Source: the human T2T-CHM13v2.0 reference genome, Homo sapiens. Taken from it: 64,000 nt of DNA. The position numbers and the translations under genes were made by a program. The notes under the pieces are model-generated. The model saw only the letters and a program-made list of their open reading frames with translations, made no database searches and was not told the origin of the DNA. The DNA is taken from assembly GCF_009914755.1 (NCBI RefSeq), contig NC_060933.1; one strand, given 5' to 3'. Below, in pieces: positions 1 through 17,980 of the stretch. Position 1 is the first letter of the stretch. The number at the start of each line of letters is the position of its first letter.

Positions 1-89
1 AGGATGGTCTCAATCTCCTGACCTTGTGATCCGCCTCCCTCAGCCTCCCAAAGTGCTGATATTACAGGCATGAGCCACCGAGCCTGGCC
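1..89 (-). mobile_element. Alu 5' end, cut by window edge
   Basis: Reverse complement of the Alu left-arm start (cctcccaaagtgctg...gagccaccgagcctggcc). Confidence 0.9.
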
Positions 90-1380
90 CAACTTTACTC
101 TTTATTCTCAACCTTACAACCATCAGATACTCATGTACACAGAATAAGAAAAATTAACTTTTTTTCCTTGAAGGCAATGTTTCATCTTGTATTTTATAAT
201 ATCTGTTCCACATTGCTGTGACAATGCTGTTGAAGTGCACCTTCTTTCCTTCACCAAAAGATCACCTGTGTGAATTTGAATAGATGGTCACTGGAGGGGA
301 CCAGCTTGGCACATTGGATTGAATTGTCTCTTTGCTTTTCAGGGAAAGTGGCTTTGAAAAGACTGAAAATAAAGTGACTGCTGATTAAGCAGATGGCTTG
401 CCATGTAAATAGGACAATTGTTTGAAAATCACATCGCATGAACTACAACTATTAAAATGTGAAATGCATGATGCAAATAGTGCACAAAAAAATAGAGTGA
501 AAATGATGAATACAGCCATAAAAGACAGCCAAACTCCATTTTAGCAATAAAGTAAAATATAATCTGCTGTCAGGGGAAGGTAATTTGAAGTACTTGAGAT
601 GTTCTTTAATTTAAAAATCCAAAAATATTTTTAGCTTTAGTTACTATAAAACATGTTTAAGCATTTTCCATTTGAAATAAAATTTTAATTTCATGCTTTG
701 TCAGTTTAGTTTCCCTAAATAAATAGAAAATAGTAAAATATCGCATACTAAAAAAATCAACTTCTTTGGTAATAAATCAGTTCAACTGTCAGACCAAAAC
801 ATAGTTACATTTTACCCAATGTCATGCTGACCAATTTGATCAAATGCCACTTCCTTATAACTAAGAGAGATGCAAAGATGTAGACTTTATGTTGAGTGAG
901 ACAGGTAAGGATTACTAGGAGTTAGATAATTGTTTTATTAATCAAGGTCGATTTTAATTACTATTTTGTCTCTATGTTAATTAATGGTCTTGATTCAAGA
1001 AATTTTTTTTAAAACTCGTCTTCTCAGTCAGGCAAAATATTAACAAAAAGGCATAGAAATGAAGGCATTTAACACAGTCATAGTTTACATTTTAAAATTA
1101 AAGTACTTCTAGAAATAACAAAAAAAGAAAAACGATATAAAAACAAATGAACTTAATTTTTGGTGCAAAGCACTCATTACTAAGCCTAACACAAATATTT
1201 TGGTAAAGGCTTTCTAACACTGACATTCTTCTCATGACTTAAAAGAGCCACTAATTTTACTTTTGACATATATTTAGTTTTAATGTTAAAAGCTAAAAGG
1301 AGCCTATTATTTTATTTATAATTTGTGGTCTTCATGTACATCATCATCCATTGAGTCGACTAAAGTTTCTGAAAGTTTCA

Positions 1381-1584
<204 letters not shown>

Positions 1585-2594
1585 TTAATGACCACATGTG
1601 AAGTTTCTTTTGAACTAATTATAACTGCCTATTTTTATTGCTTTTTTTGCTCCTATTAGAAAAAATATTAAAGTTCCTGTTACTACAAACACAATCTATT
1701 CAAATCTAAGCATAGTGCTTATCTTAAAAGATCCATATGCTTGGAATTCTGGAAATCCTATTCTCCATTTAAAATACTGCTTTTCAGTAAGCCAAATGGG
1801 GCAATTGTGGCTCACAATCATAAATTATTAAATATTAATACCATCATCTAGATGGAACTTTTAGTTATCTGCATGTTCAAATGGTTTTAACTTACAATAA
1901 GTCAGAAACTATAAATTTTTATAAACTATAAAAATAAACAAAAAATATATTTATCAATGCATTGTTTTTCAGTTTTAAAATACTTAGCCCCAGGATTATT
2001 TCTAGTTGACATAACACTAGATTTCAGATGATGTGGATGTAGAAACTAGAAACATCCTGGTTGACTCTGCTTCACTTTCTGCCTTCATTTAGCACACAAA
2101 CATAGCAGCACAACGAAAGCCAGCAATGCTACCCCTTTTGAGAAGCACACCAGTGCCCTTCTAGGGAGAATATATGTGTGAAAAGATTCATCTGAAAGTC
2201 ATGCCATCTTCTCTTTTATTTACAGACTTATACAAATAAAAATTTAACACTGCCATATAATCAGAAAATTATTCTAAAAATTCCTTCTGACACACTATTC
2301 TTTTTCACCAAAATGGCTGTGATGAAATGATTGCCTTTGCAGGACTGTTGTCTTAAATAACCAATACTCCCGTTTCATTGTTCTTGAACTTTAACCATAA
2401 CACTTTCATGCTTTTTCTAGAAATGTTATTTCCTAATTATGTCACTTAGGTATGATTACCATAGCTTCATATTTTCAAAAATGGTTCTAAAAAAACTTAA
2501 ACCACTGACCATCTTTGTTTCCCAAAGGGGTAGACTAATAAATTAACACTATCATCTAGCATACTGTAAATAAATGAAAAATAAAGATGTAGAG

Positions 2595-2792
2595 CAGGGG
2601 TGTCCAATCTTTTGGCTTCTCTGGGACACACTAGAAGAATTGTCTTGAGCCATACATAAAATACACCAATGATGATAAAAAAATCACAAAAAACTCATAA
2701 TGTTTTTAGAAAGTTTATGAATTTCTTTAGGGCTGCACTGAAAGCCATAATGGGCCACATGCAGCCTGTAGGTCATGAATTGGACAAGCTTG
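2595..2792 (+). mobile_element. MER30 hAT-Charlie non-autonomous DNA transposon
   Basis: Termini caggggtgtccaa...ttggacaagcttg; 8-bp target duplication atgtagag (2587-2594) / atgtacag (2593+200: 2793-2800), 7/8 identical. Confidence 0.9.
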
Positions 2793-2995
2793 ATGTACAG
2801 TCATTTATTTTAGCTGCACACTCAAGACTAAGGCCAAGAGCTTTCAGAGAAAATAGCTTATAGGATGTCAGGAGACCTATTATAGAAACATTCACCCCCA
2901 TGTCTAAAGGGGACAAAATTCTATGTCTTCCACCCTTAATTCCAACCATTAACCAAAACTGGAGAAATCTAACATGGCATTATATCACAAAGTAC

Positions 2996-5757
2996 TTTAT
3001 TATTTTTATTTTGGATTCAAGGATACACGTGCAGATTTGTAACATAGGTATACTGCATGACATTGAGGTTTGGGCAATTAATAATCCCATTGCCCAAGTA
3101 GTGTACATTATACATGATAAGTACTTGTTAACCCTTGTACCCCTTCTCCCTCCATTTTGGAATCCTTAGTGTTTATTGTTCTCATCTTTGCTTCCATGTG
3201 TACCCAATGTTTAGCTTCCACTTGTAAGTGAGAAAATGTAGTATTTGGTTTTCTGTTCTGTGTTAATTTGCTTAGGATCATGACCTTGAGCTGCATCCAT
3301 GTTGCTGCAAAGAGTATTACATGATTCTTCTTCAGTGGCTGCATAGCATTGGATGGTGTGTAATTACCTAATTTTTAAAATCCATCTGAAGATTTATGAG
3401 CACATGGTTTCATTCCACATTTTTGCTATTGTGACTAGTGCTGCAATAAACATACAAGTGCAGGTGTATTTTTGGAAGAAAAATTTATTTGTATTTGGGT
3501 ATATGCCCAGTAGTGAGGCTGCTGGGTCAAATGGTAACTTTAGTTTTAGTCCTTTGAGAAATCCCCAAAATGCATTCTACAGGAGCTGAACTAATTTGCA
3601 TTCCCACCAAGAGTATATCAGGGTTCTCTTTTCTACACAATTTTAACATCTGTTTTTTTTTTTTACTTTTTAATAATAGTCATTTAGACTGGGGTGAGAT
3701 GGTATCACATTGTGGTTTGGATTTACATCTCTCTAATCATTAGAAATGTTGATCAATTTTCCATATGTTTGATGGCTGCTTTTTTTGTCTTTTAAAAGTC
3801 TATGTTCACATTTTTTGTCAACATTTTTTCTTAAATTCCTTATAAAACATATATATTAGTTATTTGTTGTATGCAGTTTACACATATTTTAGCCCATACT
3901 GTAGGTTGTCTGTTTATTTTGTTAATAGTTTCTCTTGCTGTGCAGGTCACAATTTTTAATTTTTATTTTTGTTGTTTTCACTTTTGAGGATGTAGTCATT
4001 AATTCTTTACAGAGACCAATGCCAAGGAGAGAATTTTCTAGGTGTTCTTCTAGGATTTTTATAGGTTGAACTCTTACAGATAAGTCTTTAATGTATCTTG
4101 AGTTAATTTTCTATATCATGAGAAGTAGCGGTCGAGTTTTCCTCTTCTGCATATGACTAACCAGTTTTTCCAGCACCTTTTATTGGGTAGGGAGTTCTTT
4201 CCATTTGTTTCTGTTGATGCTGTCAAAAATCAATTAATTTTAAGAGTTCAGCTTCATTTCAGGGCTCTCTCTTCTGTTCAATAGGGATGTGTGTGTGTGT
4301 GTATCTGCATCCATATTATATTGGTTACCGTAGCTTGTGGTAAAGTTTGAAGTTTGGTAACATAATGTCTCCAGGTTTATTCTTTTTGTTTAGTATAGCC
4401 TTGGCTATTTGAGCTTTTTTGTTTTCATATAAATTTTAGAATAGTTTTTTTTTGTCTAATTTTATTAAAAATGGCATTGGTAGAGTGATAGAAATAGAAA
4501 TAAACTGTCGATTGCTTTGGGCAGTATGAACTTTTTAATAATTCTAATCCATTATCATGAAATACTATTCCATTTATTTGCATTGTGTCTGATTTCTTTC
4601 AGTAGTGGTTTGTAGTTCTTCTAGTAGAGATATTTAACCTCCTTTGTTTAATGAATCACTATTTTATTTTTTGTTTCTGGCTATTGTAAACTGGATTGTG
4701 TTCTTAATTTTGCTCTGCTTAAGTGTTACTGGTGTATAGAAATGTTCCTCATTTTTGAATGTTGTTTTGCATTTTGTTGTTGCTGAGATTTTGCTGAGGT
4801 CTTTTATTAGGCTTAGGAGTCTTTTGGAGGAGTCTTTGAAGTAGGTAGAAAATTATATCATCAGTAAAGACAGATAAGTTGATTTTCTCTTTTCTTATTT
4901 GAGTGCTTTTTCTTTCTTTATCTTGCCTGATTGTTCTGGCTAAAACTTTCAGAACTATGTTGAATAGGAGTGGTGAAAGTGCACATTCTTTTCTTCTTTC
5001 AATTTTTTAGGAAGGATGCATTAGTCTTTCACCTGTTCAGTATGATGTTGGATGAGGATTTGTCTCATATGGCTGTTATTATTTTGAGGTATGTTCCTTC
5101 AATGCCTAGTTTTTTGAGAATTTTTTTCATAAATAGATATTACATTTTATTAATTGCTATTTCCACATCTATTGAGGTAATGTGGTTTTGTTTTTTAATT
5201 ATTTCTATATGTTGAATCACATTTATAGATTTCACATGTTAAAACATTCCTGCATTCACAGAATAATGTCCACATAGTTGCAGTGAAATAACTTTGATTT
5301 CCTGAGTCAGTTTGCAAGCATTTCATGAATAATTTTTGTGTCTGTATTCATCAGGCATATTGGCCTGTAATTCTTTTTGTTGTGTCTTTACCTGATTAAT
5401 ATATCAAGATGAGACTGATATTATATGATAGAATTAATTAGGAAGGAGTCCCACTTTGATTTTTTGGAATACTTTCTGTAGAATTACAGGCAACTCATTT
5501 TTGTATACGTGATAAAATCATGCTGTGAATGCATCTGGTTTAGCACTTTTTATAATTGGTAGATTTTTTTAATCACCAATTCAATTTGCTTACACATTTT
5601 TGGTTTCTTCAAGACTTCTGTTTATTCCTGATTCAATCTTGGGAGGTTGTATATTTCTAAGAGTTTATTCATTTCCTCTAGACTTTCTAGTTGGTGTGCA
5701 CAGAGATATTTATAGTAGTCTGCAAGTATGTTTTGTATTTTTGTGGGATTGGTTGTC
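2996..5757 (-). mobile_element. 5'-truncated L1 (older L1PA13-16-like 3' end plus ORF2 3' half)
   Basis: Minus-strand ORF remnants ATWMQLKVMILSKLTQ and LESLEEMNKLLEIYNLPRLNQE are L1 ORF2-like; T-rich 3' end near 2996. Ends approximate. Confidence 0.85.
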
Positions 5758-5794
5758 ACAAATGTAACATTCAAATAGATGTATAATGAAAGTG

Positions 5795-8270
5795 TAATAA
5801 AATTCAATATCTCCTCATAATAAATCTCCTGAACTAGTTATAAAATAAATGCAATTCAAGGTAATGTCATGTGTAACAACAATGCATACCTAATATACTA
5901 AATAAGGAAAAACTGTAAGCCTTTTCTCTAAGAGCTAGAACAAGACAAGGATGTCCAATTTCTCCAATCCTTTTTTTTTTTTTTTTGAGATGGAGTCTCA
6001 CTCTGTTGCCTAGGCTGGAGTGCAGTGTGCAATTTTGGCTCACTGCAAGCTCTGCCTCCCAGGTTTACACCATTCTCCTGCCTCAGCCTCCTGAGTAGCT
6101 GGGACTACAGGTGCCCACCACCACGCCTGGCTAATTTTTGTATTTTTAGTAGAGACGGGGTTTCACCTTGTTAGCCAGGATGGTCTTGGTCTCCTGACCT
6201 CGTGATGCATCCACCTCTGCCTCCCACAGTGCTGGGATTACAGGTGTGAGCCACCACGCCCAGCTCAATTTCTTTCATCTTACTGAACATAATACAAAAT
6301 GACCAAGACAGAAAAATTATTCAATAAAATCAAAGCGATCTTAAATAAAATGAAGAAGATAAATTATATTTTCCTTGCAGATGATATAATCTTAAGTATA
6401 GAAAAACCTAGGACTTCACAAAAAATTATTAGAATAAACAAATTTATTAAACTTGCACAAAATCAACATAAAAAATTCAGTAACATTTCTATACACTAAC
6501 AATAAAGTATCTGAAAATAAAACCAAAAACCAATCCCATCTACAATAATTGCAGCAGTAACTATACTTAGAAATGAATGTAACCAAAAAGGTGAAAGATC
6601 TGTACATTAGAATCTAAAAAAAGTTAGAAAATAAATAATATTCAAACAAAGAGATATTTCTAATTCATAAATAGGCATGATTAATATTGTTAAATATCAG
6701 CATTACACAAACTGATATACAGATATAATAAAACTTCTATTAAAATACCAGTTAAATTCTCTACAGAAATGTTTTTAAAAAATCTAAAATGTATATTGCC
6801 CCACAAAAGGCCTTAATAGCTACAAAAATCAAGCAAAAAATGAAAAATAAAAGGCTGAAGGAATCACTCTACCTGACTTTTAAATGTCCAACAAAGCTAC
6901 AGTAATCAAAACAGAGTGTTACTTACATAAAAATGGACACAAAGGCCAACAGAGCAAAAGAGAAAGACCAGAAATAAATTCATGTATTTACAGACAACTG
7001 ATTGTAAATAAAGATGACAATATTTTTTGAAAAAGAAGAGTCTCTTTTATAAATGATGTTGAGAAAATATATATCCACATGCAAAATAATAAAATCAGAC
7101 CTTCATCTCATGCCATATATAAAAATTAACTCAAATTAGATACTTAAATATGAGACCTGAAAATCTAAAACTAAGATGAGGAAATATAGAATGAATGCCC
7201 CATAACGTTGGTCTGGGCAGTGACTCTTGGGTTTAACCTCAAAATTTTAGGGGGAAATAGACAAATCAGATTCCTTAAAATTAAGAAGCTGCTGCACACC
7301 AACCGATACAATCAGCAGAATGACATAACTGAAAAATGGAAGAAAATATTTGCAAATTACACATGTGAAAAGCAGTTAATATCAAAAATATATAAGAAAC
7401 TCAAAGGACTATACAACAAAAAACAAATAACCATGAAAAATAAGCAAAAGATATATATAAATAATTTTCAAAGAAAGACATACATATAGCTTGGCAGATA
7501 GATGAATATGGCTCAAAGTCAATTATCATCAAGGAAAGGCAAACCAAAACAACTCTAAGATATAAACTCACTCCTGTTAAAATGTTTAAAAAAGTTGTTG
7601 GTAAACTTGAAAAAAGAGAAAGAGGGTAGTTTTCACACTGTTTGTGTCAATGTAAATATAAACAGCCATTATGAAAAATAGAAATTTTGCAAAACAATTA
7701 AACTCTAACATGTAATTGAACTACTGGATATCTATCACAACACAAATGAAACTAGATTGATGAACAGACATCTGCAATTCTGTTTGTTGCAGCACACTTT
7801 ACAGAAGCCAAAACATAGAATCAACATATGTGTCCATCACCCAATGACGAAATACAGACACTATGGTATATATATACAATCGAATAGTGTATTTTCAACA
7901 GAAAATCTTATTTTTAATCCCAAAGATAAGCCTAAAGGACACTATAGTTGTTGAAATAAGGCATAGAAAGGTTAATATCTCATGATTTCACTCACATGTG
8001 GATTCTACAAAACGTATCTTGATTACCTAATTACAGTTGGATAAGAAAAATAAGTTGAAGAGATTATAATGCATGTATTGTATTTCTGAAAAAATGCTAA
8101 GACAGTAAATGTCTTCTCACCACAAAAATAATAACTATGTGAGGCAAAGTATTTGACAATTACCTAAAATTAGGCATTGACAAAGTATATTTACTTCAAA
8201 ATACTATTTCACAAAATAAATACATATTTCATCAGTGAATTTAAAAATATATTTATAAAAACTATTAAAA
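5795..8270 (+). mobile_element. Old L1 (L1MA-type) ORF2 3' half and 3'UTR, interrupted by Alu
   Basis: RT-region remnant IFLADDIILSIEKP (6299 ORF); L1MA-like 3' end ttctcaccacaaaaataataactatgtgagg. Ends approximate. Confidence 0.8.
5971..6265 (-). mobile_element. Alu (AluY-like)
   Basis: Full-length reverse Alu with gcaagctc/accattctcc diagnostics; degenerate TSD caatttct on both sides. Confidence 0.92.
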
Positions 8271-8989
8271 ATGACAATGTTTCAAATTCTGACCTTTGTT
8301 TTTGTCATAAACCTGTCTGAATAGTATGAAAGATACAGTTTCTGTGCTGTTTTGTCACCTAGTCAGTCATGACCGTATGAACTCTAATATTTACCACCAT
8401 GTTTGGGACCCAGCACAGAGCATGGGAGAAGTCAATGTACCTTAGGGCTTTTATTTTGAGCTTGAGACAACTGGAGTTTCTGGTGCTGGTGGTAATGATA
8501 GGGAAGACACAAAAAGGGCAGCTCTTGCTGTGTTTCCCATGATTAAACCACTCTGAAGAGAGTAAATTAGTTTGCATCCCAGATCACTGAAGACATTTTT
8601 TAACTCAAAAGATGCCATGATCTTTAAAACTTTTCCAGATAAAATGACCAAGGAGTTGACCAGTGAAACCTCTAAAGACTGAACCTCTAAATTGTAAACT
8701 GCACCGAATAAAAAAGTACATTATACAAGTGTGAGAAATTCCTCAAGATTTTAACATTAATATGAAAAAGTTTATTTCACATGTGAAATCCACAGGTGTC
8801 ATTCTATTATTTTTGAATATTTAACATTCACACCAAAATAAAAGATTCTGAATGAAAACTTAAGTTGAGCTGTAAGTATGTAATAAAAAATTAAATTTAA
8901 CATTCTCCACTTACCATTAACTCTTCTAAAAGTTTAATTTCTAAGACATATCTTCTAACTAATTTTATATTTTCCACACATTGTGTTAA

Positions 8990-9282
<293 letters not shown>

Positions 9283-9965
9283 TGTGTTAAAATTTAATAA
9301 AAGTTTGGTTTTACAAAGACAAGAAATTCTGACTGATTTCTTCCTCTCACCTGTGAACACTGCATGCCTTTTATCTCAATTAACAGATCTGAAAGTTACA
9401 TTGAGACACTTTCATCAGAACCTACAAAGTACTGTGTGAAGTGACATGGCACAAAACAAACAGCAATAAAGATGTAGCCATAACACAAAGAATAAAAAGA
9501 AGGGCTGTGATGCATACACAGTTGGGATAAACATAAGTAGACACACAAACAAAACTAAAAATAATCAGAAAATAAGCAGAATGTCTCTTTAAATTCAGAA
9601 AGAGTCAATTTTGCAGCATAAGAACAATGTCCTCTCCATATACAGAATCGATTGTATTTCTTCACCATGTGTATTTCTTTATCTTTACTTGGAGCTACAA
9701 ACTAACTCCAGCAGAAATATTTGCGGCCAATAATGGTGCATCTATTACACAGCAAGCATTGTGTTTGTTACATTTACATATCAAAATACCTTTATGACTT
9801 ATGAAGCCTCCCCAGCATTTACCTAAACAAATTGGCTGAATGAATAAATTCACCTATGTCAATTATAAAGAGTAAAAGGAACAATAATAAAGGAAACTTA
9901 GCTTACACAGGTTTCTCCAATTAAAATAACAAAATGGGATGTTCTAACTAAATGAAATATAAGTT

Positions 9966-10281
9966 GGTCGGATGCAGTGGCTCATGCCTGTAATCCCAGC
10001 ACCTTGGGAGGCCAAGGTGGGTGGACCACCAGGTCAGGAGTTCAAGGCCACTCTGGCCATTATAGTGAAACACAGTCTCTACTAAAAATACAAAAACATT
10101 AGCTGGGAATGGTGGCACATGCCTGTAGTCCCAGCTACTTAAGAGGCTGAGGCAAGAGAATTGCTTGAGCCAGCAGGTGGGGGTTGTAGTGAGCTGAGAT
10201 CCCACCACTGCACTCTAGCCTGAGTGACAGAGTGAGACACCATCTCAAAAAAAAAAAAAAAGAAAAAAGAAAGCAACAAAA
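9966..10281 (+). mobile_element. Alu (AluSg-like)
   Basis: Full-length Alu with A tail; TSD gaaatataagtt (9954-9965 / 10282-10293). Confidence 0.93.
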
Positions 10282-10899
10282 GAAATATAAGTTAATACAC
10301 TCATTGTGAAATAACATTGAAAAATTATTTTGCATGCATTAGTAAATTTTATAAAAATTCTTAGAATACCTGAGCAACTCACATAATGAATACTTAATAA
10401 ATTATAAACACAAAAAATATGAAAAAAATATCAGTCTACCATGAGTACCAGGCACATGAAAGAAAGAATTTGCATGGAAAGATTTGGAAACGCAATCCAT
10501 AAGACTTCACAGTAATTAATTAAATAAAATACAGAGAATACAGATATTATTCAAAATCACGGAGGTTTCTGGTCTTCTAGTAAATGATTTGTCCACTTTA
10601 TTAAAGTGATATTTTGTTCCAATATTTCTTGTCTTCTGAAAATAGGTACACTCACACTCACACAATTACTTGCCCCACAAATTTCTTACACCTAATGTTT
10701 ATATTAAGAGTGAAATATTTGTATATTTAGCACCATGTAAGTAAAAAACTAACAGTCTGTATGAGTTTACAGGCAGAGAGGCCACTTGTTCAAAATATAT
10801 ATGACCAATTTTTAAAAATATTCATTCAGGACTTAGAAATGTGAGATTTCTTATTATACTACTATGTAATTATTATTATGACCATAAAAAACCTCTGTA

Positions 10900-11100
10900 G
10901 CAAGTAATAATTTACTTGTACATTTTTAAATAACTAAAAATGTTTAATTGGATTGTCTGTAACACAAAAAAAATGCATTATGTAATGAATACCTCATTTA
11001 CTCTGATGTGATTGCAAGTTGTATGCCTGTATGAAAATATTCTATATATGCCATAAATAGGTAAACAATACTCTGTTCCTACAAAAATTTAAAACGTTAA
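10900..11100 (+). mobile_element. L1MA1/2-like 3' end fragment
   Basis: aaataactaaaaatgtttaattggattgtctgtaacacaaa...ctgatgtgattg...cctacaaaaatttaaaa resembles the L1MA 3' terminus. Confidence 0.7.
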
Positions 11101-11355
11101 ACAAATTTACATTTTTACCCATTGAAACAATACTCTTAAACTTTTCAGGTTAATGCCACAGGCAAAAGAGATTGCTAGAGAGCTCATTCTACTATGTTAC
11201 CATCTTTTATCTACATCTTTAATAAGGTGGGACACATTAAAGTTGGTGACATAACACTTTACTAAATGCAGGTCTTAAAAAGTTTAAAACTATTTCGTTT
11301 AATTTAAAAGCTAAGTTATCACAGTCTTATAAAAGAATTTTAAAATTCCCTACAT

Positions 11356-11361
11356 TTTATT
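11356..11361 (-). promoter_or_regulatory. Candidate polyadenylation signal (AATAAA) of the ZNF pseudogene
   Basis: tttatt on + strand, downstream of the degenerate-finger 3'UTR; position is plausible but use is unproven. Confidence 0.4.
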
Positions 11362-12589
11362 ACATAAAAGTACAATTGGTAAAACAATTTACTACTAAAA
11401 CTCAAAGTTTTCCTTTCACTATAATGCAGAATATTACTCTAAACACATAACTCATGTATCACAGGAAAAATGTTAAAAGTCAGCCATAAAGAACCTCTCC
11501 AATTGGATTTTCAATATACATCTTACATTTTAATATCCTTACTCTTCCACGGAAAAGTTAATGAATTATGCCTACCTAATAAGAAAGGAATCTCTCAGAT
11601 TTCTGATACAACAGAAATTGATGACATGCTTTTACACAAACAACAGGAAAAAAGGAACAGAATGAAGCAATTTTACAGTTGAATTACCTCACTATTTGCT
11701 TTTCAAAAAATCTACATTTTTTTCAAGGAAAAACATATACCTTGAATGTAATTATAACTCTCCAAAAAATAATCTTCCACTCCTCTTAAACTTATATACA
11801 AATAAATTATCCAACAGTTTTAGCTTTGGATTACTTTCTATACAGAACATTCTGATTTCGTGTAACGTCTTAAGTGCCAGTGCCTTAATTCTTCCTACTG
11901 TGAATTTTCTAAAGTTTACAAAGACTTAATTTTGACTAAATATTTTTACACATGTATTCCATCTGCAAAAATATCTTTTATTATAAACTGCATGGTGTTT
12001 TTTAAGCTGTAGTTTCTGAACAAATGTTTTTCCACATTTATTACATTTGTATGGTTTCCTTCAACATAAAGTCTCTGATGCTGAACAAGTTTGAGTAATT
12101 CCTTTAGAGTTTTCTTCTAGCATAAAATCTGTACATTATATAGGGCAAGTAAATGTATTACAACCCTCTTTATATTTGTAATGTTTGTCTCCAGAGTACT
12201 CTTTTTTAAGGGTTTAAATTTTTCAAGGTCTTTCAAAAGTAATTACATTTATAATAATTTTATTAAGTATGAACTTCCTGATGTTGACTATGATGTGAGC
12301 AAATAGAAGTGGCTTTTCCACACTCTGTATAATTTTTCAAGTATAAATGCCTTTATGTGCCATAAGGTATGAGCATGTTAGAAGTTTTGACACATTCTTT
12401 GTTTGTAGAGATTTTCTCCACTATTAATTATTTTATCTACAGTAAGATGTGACAACCATTTAAAGACCTTGCCACATTGTTCAGTTTTCTGAGGTTTCTC
12501 ACTGATATTTCTCCAATGCTTAGGAAAGTCTGAGGTGTATTCATAAGCTTTGCCAAACTTTTTTAGGTTCATAGGCATAATCTTTAGTA

Positions 12590-15137
<2,548 letters not shown>

Positions 15138-15927
15138 TTAAGTGTGTTCAGTGTACCAGGTGAGCAAAATGCCACAAGCCATACTGAATGGATAGAAAAG
15201 TTTGTTACATTTGCCCAACACCTTTACTCCTCCATAATGCAGCATGGCACTTTTAGAAGTAAACTGCAATGCCTGGCATCTTCCTCAATATAGAAAAAGA
15301 AAAAACTGGCTCGTGTATTTTTACTTCTGGCTTCTGGGCACTTTTACAGAGACTTGTTTCTGTCTCCAATGACAAAATGTGCTGAAAGAAATGATGGTAT
15401 ACTTTGAAATAACAGCTTGAGTCTGCTGAGACCAAAGGTAAATGTTACAGCAACAAACTACAGTACCACAGACATGCAATATGTACAGGAAGTAATTACA
15501 GACTGTTAAGAAACACAGACAAACCTCTTTAACTGAATAATCAACACAAAATTCCACACAAGACACATCATAACATATTTGATAGGCTCCCAGAATCTCT
15601 AGTTGAGACAACTGGTTTCAGATTATGTCAGGACAATACCGCATTATAAAGATTGTGAGAGGTAGCTGTTTGTTAATGTCCAAATCTCAACCAAAGAGTA
15701 CAATACATACAAAATATTACAGTGACAAGGCCTAAGTAAATATAAAAACTTAAAACTGTCAGAAAACAACCATGAAAATAAAGATGTACACATTAATTTT
15801 AAAAATTTAACCTAAATGGGAACACAGGTAACTAAATAAAATCAGAAAAAAATAGAATATCAAGTAAAAGATGAAAAATATAATAGAAATTATGGAAGTA
15901 GAAAATAGAAATAGAAATAATACCTGA

Positions 15928-16217
15928 GGCCAGGTGCAGTGGCTCATGTCTGTAGTCCCAGCACTTTGGGAGTTTGAGGCAGGCAGATCACTTGAACCTA
16001 GGGAGTTCAAGTTTAAACTGGGAAACATGGCAATACTTCTCCTCTATAAAAATTAAAATTAGTCAGGTGTATTGGCACACACCTGTGGTCCCAGTAAAGA
16101 GGAGGCTGAGGTAGGAGGATCACATAAGCCTAGGGAACCCAAGGCTGCAGTAAGCTGCAATCATGCCACTGTACTCAAACCTGGGTGACAGAGCAAGACA
16201 CTGTCTCAAAAAATTAA
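15928..16217 (+). mobile_element. AluJ
   Basis: Diverged Alu with ggaggatcac right-arm signature; TSD aatacctga. Confidence 0.88.
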
Positions 16218-17651
16218 GAATACCTGAGAAATTCTCAAAAGTAAGAAAATAAGGTTGTAAAAATGAAGAAGCTCAACATACTAAAACTAGGAAACACACA
16301 GATCCATAACAAGACATGCAAAGCAAAGTTCCCAAAGTCACAGACAAGAAGAGAATCTCAAATGCTGGAAAATACATAATTATGGTTGCATGATATAACC
16401 AGTGACTCTTTCAACAAAAACCTTGCAGGCCAGAAGGAAATTGTGTGCTATAGTTGAGGTGCCAAGCGAAAAATAGCTTCTATGTAAGAATAACATAACC
16501 AGCAAAACTGTGCTACAAAAATGAAGAAAAAGCAAAGACCTCTAAAGATAACCAAACGTGGAAAAATTATATCAACACTACATGTGCCATACAAAAAATG
16601 CTGAGAAGAGTCCTCCTACTAAAACTATATGATGCTAAAAAACAAAACTATCATATAAAAATAGGTAGCTTTCTAGGAAAGATATAAAGATATGCAAATA
16701 TTATAGAAAAAATATCCTGTAGCATTATTATAATACCAAAAAATGTTTTATTTAACTATTCTCTAAAATTTAAAGATAAAAGCTAAAAATAATAATGAAC
16801 ATCTGTTAATAAATACATAACATAAATAGATATGTTTAGTGACGTCAATAACTAAGTTGAGGACAGATGTAATAAGAAATAATTTGTGCATGAACCCGAA
16901 TTTAAATTTCACCACTTCAAAATATATTGTTGAAATTTTAAGAGGTTTTTATATAATCCTGAAGGCACCCACAAAGAAAATGTCTGTACAGGTACAAAAA
17001 AGGAAATAAGAAAGTAGTGACAGCCTATCCATACAAAAATCAAAAAGACACAAAGGAAGATAGAATGAGAAACAGACCTACAAGAATCATTAAACAATAA
17101 AATAACAGTAATCTTTGTCTTCAGAAAATAAATATTTTAAAAATAGACTTGCCAATCAATACACATACATTGAATAGAGGGATTATATAAAATTTTATAT
17201 ACCAAGATCCAACTTGCCTCTCTTCAAGAGTCACTTGAGATCTAGTAGTGAAATCAGCCTGAAAGTGGCAAGTGGAAGAAGACATTTTAGGCAAACATCA
17301 ACCAAATGAGAGCAGAAGAGATCAAAATTGTATTATACAAAATACATCGTAAGTCAACAACTCTCTTATTTTATAAAATATACTTTATGTCAAAATTCAC
17401 AAGAGAAAAAAGGTCATTAAACAATAATAAAGATATCATTTATTGAAAATGTATGACAAATATGTGCATACATATATTTATATGTTTGTGTCTGTACATA
17501 TATTTCTCATATTAGGTTTCCTAAAATACAAAGCAAAAATTGACAGAATTAAAGCAACAAATAGAAAGCAATATTATTATAATAAGATATTTTAATACTT
17601 CAATTTCTGCAATGAACAATAAAACAAAACAATATTAATAATGGAAAAGAG

Positions 17652-17955
17652 GGCCAGGTACGGTGGCTTACGCCTGTAATCCCAGCACTTTGGGAGGCCA
17701 AGGCAGGCGATCACGGGGTCAGGAGATGGAGACCATCCTGGCTAACACGATGAAACCCGGTCTCTACTAAAAACACAAAAAATTAGCAGGGTGTGGTGGC
17801 AGGTGCCTGTAATCCCAGGTACTCAGGAGGCTGAAGCAGGAGAATGGCATGAACCCAGGAAGTGGCGCTTGAAGTGAGACGAGATTGCACCACTGTACTC
17901 CAGCCTGGGTGAGAGCAAGACTCTGTCTCAAAAAAAAAAAAAAAAAAAAAAAAAA
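17652..17955 (+). mobile_element. AluY-like
   Basis: gagaccatcctggctaacacg and gaatggcatgaacc diagnostics, pure A tail, TSD ggaaaagag. Confidence 0.93.
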
Positions 17956-17980
17956 GGAAAAGAGAAACTGAAAGCAGTAC

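Noticed and set aside
2996-8270. Opposite-strand adjacent L1s as a twin-priming inversion
   Set aside because: Both pieces cover the same ORF2-3' region and have their own, different-subfamily 3' ends, so they are independent insertions.
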